A stretch of 63,851 nt of DNA, counting the filler, from Octopus bimaculoides (Eukaryota): NCBI RefSeq assembly GCF_001194135.2. It is 8 parts of 8 records of this genome, joined end to end, with 100 filler letters (N's around TTAATTAATTAA, not from the genome) between each part and the next. Parts side by side here need not be neighbours in the genome. Positions count along the whole stretch, not along the records: positions 1 to 2,469 come from NW_026306616.1; positions 2,570 to 16,955 come from NC_068991.1; 6 more parts are not named here. One strand, written 5' to 3'. Position 1 is the first letter of the stretch. Each line of letters begins with the position of its first letter. Positions 1 through 11,563 of this stretch are shown one piece after another. The notes beneath the pieces were generated by a model that saw only the letters and a program-made list of their open reading frames with translations, was not told the origin of the DNA and did no database searches. The position numbers and the translations under genes were made by a program.

Positions 1-34
<34 letters not shown>

Positions 35-184
35 TGAGGCCAAAACAATGCGTAGTAAATGCAAGGTAAATCACAAGAAAAATATATAAATTAATGTAGA
101 CTTACCTTGTATTCAATATTTCGAGGTTATGACTTAGATTCTCCATCTACCACCTCGATAACCCACTCCACCCTTCCCCTCACA

Positions 185-1631
185 ACCCCAAACTAGCTAT
201 CAAACACCTCAGGGACTCACTATTATGAAAAGGTTTACAACATCACACCTCACCAACTGTAGTCCACCATCAACACTAGCTGGACCAACATCTTTCACCA
301 AAGGAATCTCTCTAAGAAGACTAGACTGAACTACAGATCTAAAAACACCACCCTTCTATCCTTCTACTATTTAATAAAAACTCAAAAACCTGGACCTAAG
401 CTTAAAATCAGTCCCATAGTATCAGGAATTAACAGTCCTTTCTATAAGATTCCTTGGTTCCTCTCTAAACTCCTCAAGTCCTTACTACATGCATTCCCTG
501 GACACGTCAGCAGCTCCTATGAAATCTTCACAATACTCAAAGATATTGACCCTGCCATACTTAAAACTAACAAATACCCTTTTAGTTTAGACGTAGTTTC
601 CCTCTACACCTCTGTACCCACTCTTCCAGTCATTGATATTGTCATAGACCACATCTCCCGGCCATTGATATTCTCATAGACCACATCTCCCAACTATTGA
701 TATTCTTCCCCCCACATCTCCTTGCCCGTCACCTCCATCCTTATCTCTTCCTCCCCTGCAGCCTCCTCCTCCCCATCCATCAACCTCCAGCTCTTCATCT
801 TCACACCCTCAGACATACAAGAGTTACTAACCATTATAGTTGGTAACAACTTTCAATATAATGGTGTGATTTACAAACAGCCTACCTTTGGGATCTAGGC
901 TTTCAAGCCTGCTGGCCATCGCATACATGGATAAGCTAGAATGCACAGCACTCAACACCTGTCACTCATGCATCCTGATCATCACGTCCTCCAGGGATGA
1001 GGCCATTAACATATACTGGACCTTCAATAACACCAACATAAACATAAAATTCGAGATTGAACATCCAGACGAATCTGGAACACTCTCTCTACTCAACTTC
1101 CAACTCAAGATTGCAGAAGAAGGCTCCATATTTACCAAATTCTATAGAAAAGCCACTAATAGAAAGCTGTTTGTCCACTGATTGGTATCAGCCTTACCCA
1201 CCAGAGCCAAAGCTGCATACGTGAGAAATGAGATTGCAAGTATAAACAACAATTTCAGTAATATGACTGACAAAGCCGTCAACACCAGACAGTTCCTCAG
1301 GAATCTAACTCTGAATGGCTACCCACCATCTTTAGCTAAACAACAGCGCCTGAAGAACATCTATAAACCCCGGAAGAACCATCATACTCCCAAGTCTGGC
1401 ATGTGCTTCCTAAAGCTACCACATTTTGATGACAGAACTACTGCAGCGATACAACACTCAGTTGGAAGGACTTGACGTGGAGATAGTGCACACTGGCCCT
1501 TCCCTGAGAAAAGCTCTGTCCAAGAACAACACTTCATTACTCTGAGTAGTGCACATTGTCGAACTGTCCCATTAATGATCTTGAATTGTGCCAGAGGACC
1601 TATGTTGTATATGAGATCATCTGTGACAAAT
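185..1631 (+). mobile_element. Penelope-like element (PLE), decayed RT, linker and start of GIY-YIG endonuclease; runs into gap
   Basis: Manual translation gives YYEKV...FYYLIKTQKPGPKLKISPIVSGINSPFYKI...FSLDVVSLYTSVP (581-619), then YKQLPLGSRLSSLLAIAYMDKLE, FEIEHPDESGTLSLLNF...FYRKATNRKLFVH, NGYP, FLKLPHF and VVYEIICDK. These follow the PLE RT/thumb/linker order, with stops and frameshifts; the YVDD box is lost. Confidence 0.9.
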
Positions 1632-1942
1632 NNNNNNNNNNNNNNNNNNNNNNNNNNNNNNNNNNNNNNNNNNNNNNNNNNNNNNNNNNNNNNNNNNNNN
1701 NNNNNNNNNNNNNNNNNNNNNNNNNNNNNNNNNNNNNNNNNNNNNNNNNNNNNNNNNNNNNNNNNNNNNNNNNNNNNNNNNNNNNNNNNNNNNNNNNNNN
1801 NNNNNNNNNNNNNNNNNNNNNNNNNNNNNNNNNNNNNNNNNNNNNNNNNNNNNNNNNNNNNNNNNNNNNNNNNNNNNNNNNNNNNNNNNNNNNNNNNNNN
1901 NNNNNNNNNNNNNNNNNNNNNNNNNNNNNNNNNNNNNNNNNN

Positions 1943-2255
1943 ATTAGTAAATCTCTAAATTTTTGTCTGCTGAGTCTTCGAGCTTCCATAATCTTCTTTT
2001 CCAGATTGGCTTATTTCTCCGAGTCTTTCTAGCTCTAAATCTGAAGTCACTAACTCATAACCTATGTTGGGTTGTACACCTTTCACCTGGGAAAGATTTT
2101 GCATTTTTAAGCATCCATCTATCTCATTGCCTGGTGAGGAGCCAGTCAATCTGGTTTATGTGCTCACCACACTGATAAGTGATTAGGTGGCTAGCTGGTT
2201 TTATGAAGTTAGTGTTGCAGATCCTGAGATCATTTGCATCACAGAACTTCCAGGT
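1943..2255 (-). mobile_element. RTE-clade LINE fragment (C-terminal part of apurinic endonuclease domain)
   Basis: Minus-strand translation KFCDANDLRICNTNFIKPASHLITYQCGEHINQIDWLLTRQ*DRWMLKNAKSFPGERCTTQHRL*VSDFRF...IWKRRLWKLED matches the RTE APE motifs ICNT.F.K...HLITY, QID and PGE....QHRL. Confidence 0.85.
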
Positions 2256-2513
2256 TTAAAAAAAATAGAAAACAACTTCCCTTTCATTCCATTGAATGAA
2301 ACTTAATTTTCTTTTTTAATGTCAAGATTTACTGCAAGTGGATTATGAGTTTGCAGTTCAAATTTCAGCTAGTTCTTCTATTACAGCATGTTTGTCCAGT
2401 ATTTGTCTTCATTTATGTAGCATCTATATATATAAAAATGAGAATGTGTGTGTGTCTGTCTGTCTGTCTNNNNNNNNNNNNNNNNNNNNNNNNNNNNNNN
2501 NNNNNNNNNNNNN

Positions 2514-2525
2514 TTAATTAATTAA
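2514..2525. other. Assembly linker TTAATTAATTAA in a 100-bp gap (also at 17000, 31329, 40701, 50509, 59715, 62637)
   Basis: Each copy is flanked by 44 N on both sides, and the 12-mer has stops in all six frames. Confidence 0.97.
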
Positions 2526-2649
2526 NNNNNNNNNNNNNNNNNNNNNNNNNNNNNNNNNNNNNNNNNNNNATATATATATATATATATATAAAACAATCTA
2601 TATTCATACATGTATATATTTATATATACATCGATATATATACATCTAT

Positions 2650-2740
2650 ACCCAGAAACATTTTTAACTCAAAAAGTCGCTTTATTAGCGAGTGGCTTGA
2701 ACTCTCTCGGGAGTAACTTAAATTAAACTAAAAAAAATTA
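2650..2740 (+). mobile_element. 3' UTR fragment of R4/Dong-like element (same family as 5100-5625)
   Basis: ttaactcaaaaagtc...ggcttgaactctctc...aacttaaattaaact recurs at about 5535-5610, downstream of the R4-like ORF end. Followed by ATAC-type repeats. Confidence 0.5.
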
Positions 2741-2837
2741 TACATACATGGATACATGCATACATAGATACATACACACACACACGTATATACAAACATA
2801 CATACATGCATACATACATACATACATATATACATAC

Positions 2838-3237
2838 GAGAATCTGCAGTTACTCTATCAAGAGTAAGTTCAGGTTCATACCTGTAATTAATGGAGCCCT
2901 GGGTAAATACCAATCTTGAGAAATCAGGCTTCTCAAAACCAGAAAGGAGAAAGCTAATTCCGAAACTACAGATCCAATCCATCACTGGAACTGTAAAAAT
3001 CTGTAAAACGTTCCAGAAGTTTATCATTAAAACATATATGAGCATGTCTAGATATGCAACTATATGCATGAGAATACATACATAAAACATACAAATTTGC
3101 ACATACATACATACATGCATGCAAACAAATAAACAAAAATATCCTGTTGTTGATGTTGAAATTCCAATAGAGGAACCTAGGTTAGAAACCGGTTCTTTCT
3201 CTATTGGCAAGAAATCTTAAAATAAACTGAATAATGA
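2838..3237 (+). mobile_element. R4/Dong-like non-LTR retrotransposon, 5'-truncated 3' end (end of RLE domain plus 3' UTR)
   Basis: Reads NLQLLYQE.KFRFIPVINGALG / NTNLEKSGFSKPERRKLIPKLQIQSITGTVKICKTFQKFII*, resembling the R4/Dong C-terminus P.VIGALG...LQ....GT..I. Ends at aataatga followed by (CATA)n. Confidence 0.7.
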
Positions 3238-5099
3238 CATACATACATACATACATACATGCATAGATACATAGTTGCGCGTAGGCAAGTATGACCATCA
3301 CTAACAAATCATTTTATCCTAGATGCTAAAGACAATGGGAAGTCAGCAATGTCTGTACTGAAATTTAAAGTCAAAAACACCTTACACAGCACTTCCCTAC
3401 AAAGTCAAGTAGTCCAAAAACATACACGAGCAAGGTCTTCAGTTTTGCAATATCGCGGTTTTTATTTCGGGATTTTCTTCTCTTAAAGAGATGTCTAAAC
3501 AAAGACTTGGGGTCTCTCAGTCCCAGCTGTTTGATGACTGACTCTACCAACGGGTTGTTTTTTTTTATTTTTTTACCACTTGCAAAGTATCCCACGTAAA
3601 TCATTCTCTTTAATAAGCAGGCTTGGTAGGGTTGCCGGTTTAGTCGTTGTCGGGTCGATCATACGACAAATTGTACTGGATTACACGTTACCAGTAGCTC
3701 TAAGAGTTACCTGACATACATACATCTGTACATGTAGNNNNNNNNNNNNNNNNNNNNNNNNNNNNNNNNNNNNNNNNNNNNNNNNNNNNNNNNNNNNNNN
3801 NNNNNNNNNNNNNNNNNNNNNNNNNNNNNNNNNNNNNNNNNNNNNNNNNNNNNNNNNNNNNNNNNNNNNNNNNNNNNNNNNNNNNNNNNNNNNNNNNNNN
3901 NNNNNNNNNNNNNNNNNNNNNNNNNNNNNNNNNNNNNNNNNNNNNNNNNNNNNNNNNNNNNNNNNNNNNNNNNNNNNNNNNNNNNNNNNNNNNNNNNNNN
4001 NNNNNNNNNNNNNNNNNNNNNNNNNNNNNNNNNNNNNNNNNNNNNNNNNNNNNNNNNNNNNNNNNNNNNNNNNNNNNNNNNNNNNNNNNNNNNNNNNNNN
4101 NNNNNNNNNNNNNNNNNNNNNNNNNNNNNNNNNNNNNNNNNNNNNNNNNNNNNNNNNNNNNNNNNNNNNNNNNNNNNNNNNNNNNNNNNNNNNNNNNNNN
4201 NNNNNNNNNNNNNNNNNNNNNNNNNNNNNNNNNNNNNNNNNNNNNNNNNNNNNNNNNNNNNNNNNNNNNNNNNNNNNNNNNNNNNNNNNNNNNNNNNNNN
4301 NNNNNNNNNNNNNNNNNNNNNNNNNNNNNNNNNNNNNNNNNNNNNNNNNNNNNNNNNNNNNNNNTATATATATATATATGTATATATATATATACATATA
4401 TATACATATATGTTTATTATTCATATACTTACATGTATACATACATACACGATGAATGCCTAATTTTTCAGATGATAGCCATTTCACATTCAGCCGGATT
4501 GTTCTAATCTACTTTCATCTTTCCATATGCACTGATATGAATTTTCAGGACAGGACCACGTATCTATCCCCATAGGACTTTATAAAATACAAAATAGACC
4601 AAGGAATAAAATAATAGCGAGACATTTGTACGTCACTGGATTTAAGTGATAAAAGCTTGTGCAACACTTTTGCCACCCTCTTGGTAGTCACAATAGATTC
4701 CAGTGACAAGCATTGCAAAATGACGGGTATATTTTGTTTTATGTCAGAGCATCATTCTCCTAGAAGAACTGCCTTCTCGCGGCTTTGTCAAAAATAATGG
4801 GATCCTCCTCTACTCTTGGGAAAGCTACTTAACCCGTTAATTATCTCTTCGGGTTAGAAAGGGATCACTCCACACTTCCCACAATCAGAACTCCCGAACT
4901 GGAGCCTCACCACTAGTTACAGCTTAATGTCATACATAGGACATACATATACATACATACATTTATACATACATACACACACACACACACATACATACAT
5001 ACATACATACATACATACATACATGCATACATACATACATACATACATACATACATAAATACGTACATATATACATATATAATGGGTATATATCCCGTA

Positions 5100-5625
5100 A
5101 GCTAGAGGGAAACAACAACATTGACAGGAAGAGCAGCCACTTCTGGACCTGCGACAGATACATAATCATCCCACCTAGAAGGGTATGCATTCGCTATCCA
5201 GGAATATGAGATAGTTACTAAATACCTAATAGACAAGAGGGACAACAATACCAACAAACCTCCACGTTGCGATAAAAAATGTCGGCTTCGCTATACCAGT
5301 GGGGAAGATATCACCCACAACATCAGCAGCTGCCCCAAAATGTCTACGAGATACTACCTGCCTCTGACGCGGATTCTCTAAATCCAATCTATTAATAGCC
5401 CAGTAAAGATTTGTAAGACATTCCAAAAATCTCCATCTGAGATTCTTATGTGAATAGATACACACACGTGGGTGTATACATCGACATTAAAACCGGCACA
5501 CCAGCTCGACCACATATTTACAATTACTGGAAACTCTCTTAACTCAAAAAGTCTTGCTGCTCTGTTAACATTAGGCTTGAACTCTCTCAAGAAGAACTTA
5601 AATTAAACTCAAGGAAAACATATAA
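5100..5625 (+). mobile_element. R4/Dong-like non-LTR fragment (CCHC zinc knuckle, internally deleted RLE end, 3' UTR)
   Basis: IDRKSSHFW...SSHLEGYAFAIQEYEIVTKYLIDKR...DKKCRLRYTSGEDITHNISSCPKMSTRYYLPL matches the R4-type EG...A.Q.Q and CRLC....E...H..S.CP knuckle. It is followed by IQSINSPVKICKTFQK, homologous to 2970-3030. Confidence 0.8.
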
Positions 5626-6494
5626 TGCATTCATACCTAGACATATGTGTGTCTACGTATGTGTATGAGTCTATAAAACTTATTTTTCATTGGCTCTTTA
5701 TTATTTTTATTATTGTTGGGGAAAGCAGTCTTGCAAGAAAGTATAGCTTTATTCATTTGTGTATAACGATGGCCGTGAGTGTGCTTTTTTTTTGAAGGTG
5801 TTAATCACAAGAACGAAACTTTAGAGAGTCGTACGTCAGCCATGATACCTTTTTACCTCCTGACACACTCACAAACAAAGATGGCTGCAGTTAAAATATT
5901 TTTAGACTTTCCTATAACTACCGAGTGTTTGTGCGTGTTTGTGCGCGCGCGCGTATGAGTGTATGTGTGTGTGTGTGTGTGTGTGCGTGTGTGTGTGTGC
6001 GTGTATGTGTGCCTGTGTGTCTGTGTGTGTGTGTACAATATTACATCCTATTATAAATATATAATACGTTGTAAAAGTTTTATCTTTATTTATTAAGGAT
6101 TTTTTTCTTATTTCCTCTTTCGTGCTTTATATTTTGTTTGGAACAATAAAATGTTTCTCGGACCATCAACGTTTCCAGACCTTGCCTGTTATTAGTGGTG
6201 TTTGTTATTGCCGTTTTATTATAGGAAAGAATCATGGGAATTATGTTGTGTTAATGATTATATCATTATTTCTGGACTTTATATTTTAGCTTACCATTAA
6301 CGGCAGATTACGTTCAGCGACCAGGAAATGGTGTATGGCGTTAGTTTGTTATTAGAGTGGGGGTTAGGAGGGTCAGTTACATAGATATATTGTTTTTAAT
6401 ACAGCTTCCGTGAACAATCTTTTACTTTTGGGAAAAAAATCTATATATATGATTGTGTTATCAACTAATGTTTTCATATTTAGGTTTGTAAAGT

Positions 6495-6549
<55 letters not shown>

Positions 6550-6651
6550 ATAACGTATTGCAATAGTGTCTTGTTTCAGATGCATAGCCAGATGGTGTGA
6601 AATAATGATACATGAATGCTTAATATAACAGTGGGTCATGAAGGATATAAC

Positions 6652-6818
6652 TGTTATGTCTCAACGCTACTACTATCTAGCACCATCGGATGATCTCTAC
6701 TCAACCGCTACACAACTGCTACTCGATTGCCACTCAACATTCCTACCACGGCCAGACTACCTCTATTTATATGTCTTGGGAGATCCTACTTCTTCGCCTG
6801 GGGGGCGTCGACACAACA
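6652..6818 (-). mobile_element. Putative solo LTR (167 bp) with 5-bp target-site duplication
   Basis: TG...CA termini with a 9-bp inverted repeat (TGTTATGTC / GACACAACA, 8/9). Flanked by ATAAC at 6647-6651 and 6819-6823. TATAAATA on the minus strand at about 6764-6772. Confidence 0.7.
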
Positions 6819-9596
6819 ATAACTGAGGTTTGCAGAGAAATTTGTAAATGACATTTGACTTTTAAAATACATACATACCCACATGGGCGCGAACACAAGC
6901 ACATATACATTTGTACTTGTGTGTGAGTGCGTGCGTTTGTGTGTGTGCGCGCGGTATGTGAGATAGTGTGTGTATGTGTTTTAACATTTCGTTTACACAT
7001 AGTGATATTAATAATCTAGTGTTAGAACTTAGTATATGTGTACTTCAGAAAAAATGTTAGTCACGTAGAGAGCGCAATAAGATATTATATAAATTACAAG
7101 GCAACAAGGAAGTATGTAATGAATTTCATTTGCTTACAGCTGTTTCTGCTATATGATAAATTGCACTCACAATTCAGTGCTTGTGTATCACACAATAGCC
7201 TCGTCGGAGTCTTAAACATGAAGTACAATTTTATTTGAGAAAGCATTTCTATACGTGAGAAACATTACCAAAATGTAGAATTGAATTTTAAAAGAAAAAG
7301 CCTCATTCAGAAAAGTTTATATTTAGATAATTTTGTATACATATGTATATACAGATGAGCATACGATGAGCACCTATATAAGTAGTTATTTATATACAAG
7401 CATAAAATATAGATAGAATGTGTATGTTAATACAGGTTGAACATATGATTAACTATAAAGAAGTTGAGAGGGAGAGGGAAGGAGAGAAATCAAAGACATT
7501 TCAGAAGTTTAGAAGGCCATAGGACTGTCCAACATAAGGATTCTAACCAGATTGACAATTAGCAAAATTCTATAATGAGAGATTTGAAAAACACGTATGT
7601 TTTCATACACACGTGTTATGAGGTGATAAGTATAGCGTAAGTTGCTTTTAGTAGCTGTGTTGGCGTTGGTTTTAAGTACTTTTTTCTAGCTTTTCATAGT
7701 TCATCATTTTCCCCTTTATTTTGAAAAAAGCAAGCATTTTGAATTTTCCATATGCACAAAGGTCTAAATGTTCCCTACATGGAGCATATCTAAGAGATGA
7801 TTTGTTGCTTATGTACTCTAACTTCCTATATTAATTTTGAACCCGTTTGACCGATATAATTCTCATTAAATTGGGTTTGCAGCAAATCATATTTGGCATT
7901 CATATTTGCATTAACCTTCAATTCCTTCCAATTCTCGGGCTTTTTAGCTGTTCCATTTTCATTTATTTCCCACGTCCAACAACGAAGATTGGTAAAAAGG
8001 TCAGCAACTGGAAAGATCTACACAGAGAGCTTATCCAACGAACATCAAATATAGTTGAGGAAGAATCGTTGCGACGGAAATTTGTCAATGCCTTATGAAA
8101 GAAACTTACTGAAGGGCTGTGCAGAAAGANNNNNNNNNNNNNNNNNNNNNNNNNNNNNNNNNNNNNNNNNNNNNNNNNNNNNNNNNNNNNNNNNNNNNNN
8201 NNNNNNNNNNNNNNNNNNNNNNNNNNNNNNNNNNNNNNNNNNNNNNNNNNNNNNNNNNNNNNNNNNNNNNNNNNNNNNNNNNNNNNNNNNNNNNNNNNNN
8301 NNNNNNNNNNNNNNNNNNNNNNNNNNNNNNNNNNNNNNNNNNNNNNNNNNNNNNNNNNNNNNNNNNNNNNNNNNNNNNNNNNNNNNNNNNNNNNNNNNNN
8401 NNNNNNNNNNNNNNNNNNNNNNNNNNNNNNNNNNNNNNNNNNNNNNNNNNNNNNNNNNNNNNNNNNNNNNNNNNNNNNNNNNNNNNNNNNNNNNNNNNNN
8501 NNNNNNNNNNNNNNNNNNNNNNNNNNNNNNNNNNNNNNNNNNNNNNNNNNNNNNNNNNNNNNNNNNNNNNNNNNNNNNNNNNNNNNNNNNNNNNNNNNNN
8601 NNNNNNNNNNNNNNNNNNNNNNNNNNNNNNNNNNNNNNNNNNNNNNNNNNNNNNNNNNNNNNNNNNNNNNNNNNNNNNNNNNNNNNNNNNNNTGTGTGTG
8701 TGTGTGTGTGTCCGTGAGCGTTTGTGTAATATGTATGTGTTCGTGTCTGGGTCTGTGTGTATATCAGTGCATATATGAATGTATGAGAGTGTATATCTCG
8801 TTTAGGCATTGCGAGACTAATAACCTGGTGTAGAACTCAATATACGTATGTTTCAGATAGAAGTGTTAGCTGAGTATAGGGTAATAAGAAAGAAATCTGA
8901 CAAAAGGAATAAATGATTATCGTATGAACTTCATTAGCCAACAGCTACTTCAGCAATAAGTTGTTACTCAAGCACTCAACTGCCTTTTAATAGCAGAAAC
9001 AGCTGTAAGCCAATGAAGTTCATAATTATTTATTCCTTTGTCATCTTTCTATCTTATAAGAAAGTGAATCAAAAGATGAGGGACTATATGGCTCACATAC
9101 ATTTTTTAAGGTTATATTACATGCATGTGTATTTGCAATCGCACTTGCATAAGTGTCTGTCCTATGTTTCCATGTTTGATTTGGGGATTAAACGAGCGAT
9201 TTCTTTAGTAGATATACAATATGCGAATATATCAAATTGCATAGAATTTATTTGAATGTATGCAGTTGTGTGCGTGTGTGTATACATATACATTTATATA
9301 ACTGTGTCCTTCTCATGTTAGATGTTGTGTGTTTGCGTATTTTCAGTGAAACACAAACAGTATAATAAAAATCGAATAAATTTATGTCTTGCTATATCTA
9401 ATGGCAATACATGTGTCAATTACTTTTTGAATTCATTCTAATGCAGAAGCTTATGGTTCCTCTTCATACTCCAAGGATACTAAAAGATGTTTCGACTAAA
9501 ACATAGCATTAAGACAATCAATATCGATTTTTGTACATTGATACAATATCTCACGTTTATAGGATTAATGTAAATGAGATTCTGATAACAATGAAA

Positions 9597-9780
9597 TGAA
9601 TTATAGAATCTAAGGAAGTGAAATGGTCGAATCTATCTCGTCGTTGGTCTAGGCTTATCTCCTGTCTCATAAGTTCAATTCCTTTGATATAGAATTATAG
9701 AGTTTAAGGAAGTGAAATGGTCGAATTTACCTCATCGTTAGTTTAAGATCATCTCATGTCTCGTTAGTTCAATATCTTTG
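9597..9780. repeat. Diverged tandem duplication, about 94-bp unit x2
   Basis: ttatagaatctaaggaagtgaaatggtcgaat... at 9601 and ttatagagtttaaggaagtgaaatggtcgaat... at 9695. Confidence 0.85.
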
Positions 9781-9866
9781 CAAGCGTGTCATGGAGTATC
9801 TTAGCAATAGACATGAATATAATATCTTTCATTCACCTAACTGTTGACAATATGTAACATATCATA

Positions 9867-10053
9867 AGGCAGCAAGCTGGCAGAACTGTTTGCATGTCGG
9901 GCAAAATGATCAGCGACATTTCGCCCGCCTTTACGTTGGGAGTTCAAATTCTGCTGTAGTCGATTTTGCCTTTCATCTTTTGGAATAAGTACCAGATGTA
10001 ATCAACTGACCTCTCCCCCGAAATTGCTGGCCTTGTGCCAAAAATTTAAAACC
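9867..10053 (+). mobile_element. tRNA-derived SINE, family A (ggcggcgagctggcagaa head), internally deleted
   Basis: Head gcaagctggcagaac, B-box-like gagttcaaattc, core gtcgattttgcctttcatc, tail gccttgtgccaaaaatttaaaacc. Matches many other copies in the window. Confidence 0.8.
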
Positions 10054-10077
10054 AAGATGTAACATGCCATACTGGTG

Positions 10078-10160
10078 TACGAGGGAGTGCTGAAAAGTTC
10101 TTGGTTTTGACTAAAAGAAAATACAGGAGGATCAGTTAATTATGATTTTATTCAATATGT
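10078..10160 (+). mobile_element. Tc1/mariner-type terminal fragment (TIR start)
   Basis: Begins TA-CGAGGGAGTGCTGAAAAGTTC, a mariner-style TA plus TIR start. It does not match the TIR at 11365-11394, so it is a different family. Confidence 0.55.
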
Positions 10161-10407
10161 TCAACAAATTTTTCCGAAAGACATAAATCGCATTTGATGG
10201 GTCTTTTATGAGCACAATATCTGTTAGCTGATGCTTTATCCAAGATTTTCCATGTCACGTTGAAAGGACGGGTTTCATTTTCTTTCAATTCCCAGATGTG
10301 TTTTGCCAGACCAGTGTTTGTCCTATTTTCGGGCTATCGGAAGGAATTTCTATGAGAATAAAATCGGGTCTTGAAAGAATTTTCTGAAGCCCCTGTCTAT
10401 GTTTTAT
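10160..10407 (-). mobile_element. PLE GIY-YIG endonuclease fragment
   Basis: KT*TGASENSFKTRFYSHRNSFR*PENRTNTGLAKHIWELKENE...VTWKILDKA...KCDLCLSEKF matches the YIG..E..FK.R...H..SF / W.LK / C.LCL.EK pattern. Confidence 0.85.
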
Positions 10408-11394
10408 ATTAATGTAGTATATGGGAATCGGACAATAAGCGTAAGCTAGTGTCAGCGGTGGTTCCAGAAATTTTGAGCCGGGAACTACAGCCTAGGAGAC
10501 GAACCTCACCCTTGAAGATCTATAGAGCTCGACGAGAACGTCCTGCAAACCTTGGTGGAACAAAATCCCATCGTAACTGTTGAGGAACTAGCAGAGAAGC
10601 TTGGATTTGATCATTCAACCATTCATCGACACCTGCATGCCATCGGAAAAGTCAGCAAATTGGGTCAATGGGTTCCTCACAAACTTTCCTAGTCAAGTCA
10701 CGTGCAGAGAGTGGATGTGTGTTCTTCTTTGCTGCCACGTCTGATGAATGAACCTCTTTTGGACCGAATAGTGACTGGTGACGAGAAATGGGTTCTCTAT
10801 AGAAATGTCAACCACCGAAAACAATGGGTAGGGAAAGGAGAAACAATGGCACCCCAGGCTAAATAAGGTCTTCATCCATGTAAGCTGTTGTAATCTTTTG
10901 GTAGGATATGAAAGGTTTAGTCCACTTTGAACTTTTAAACTCAAACCAAATGATAATAATTGAGATCCACTGCGAGCAGCTTGAGTGGCTGAAGTCAGCG
11001 CTAGATGAAAAATGACCATTTTTGTTTTCAAGAAGATAATGCTCGGCCACATACAGCCAGGATGACATTCCAAAAGCTAGAGCAGTATGAATGCGGAATG
11101 ATGCCCCACCCACCATATTCGCCGGACATAGCCCCATCTGATTATCATTTATTCCGCAGTGTACGGAAAAAATATGAATTCTGTAGACGAGGTCAAAACA
11201 GTACTGGAGGAATATTTTTCATCACGGACAAGTGAATTTTGGAAGAGGGGCCTTGCAAGACTACTAGATAGATGGAAGAACATTGTAGAAAATGAAGGAG
11301 AGTATATTTTAGATTAAAAAAGAATTTTGTTTATCTTAATTTTGAAAAATAAAAGCAGTATAAAAAAACGCATTATTTATGGGATGACCCAGTA
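10408..11394 (+). mobile_element. Mariner transposon remnant: decayed transposase plus right TIR and TA
   Basis: CQRWFQKF, WVPHKL (10669), RIVTGDEKWVLY (10771), DNARPH and HPPYSPDIAPSDYHLFRS (11107), with multiple stops. Ends cgcattatttatgggatgacccag-TA. Confidence 0.95.
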
Positions 11395-11531
11395 TGTGTG
11401 CGTGTGCGTGTACATATGTGTACATATATACATATATGCACACATACATAAATACATACCTATACAACATTCATGCATAGATACATACATACATATACAT
11501 GCATGCATACATACATACATACATACATACA

Positions 11532-11563
<32 letters not shown>

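Noticed and set aside
7847-8130. ORF ending ...RELIQRTSNIVEEESLRRKFVNAL
   Set aside because: No recognisable domain or splice context, and it is cut by a gap.
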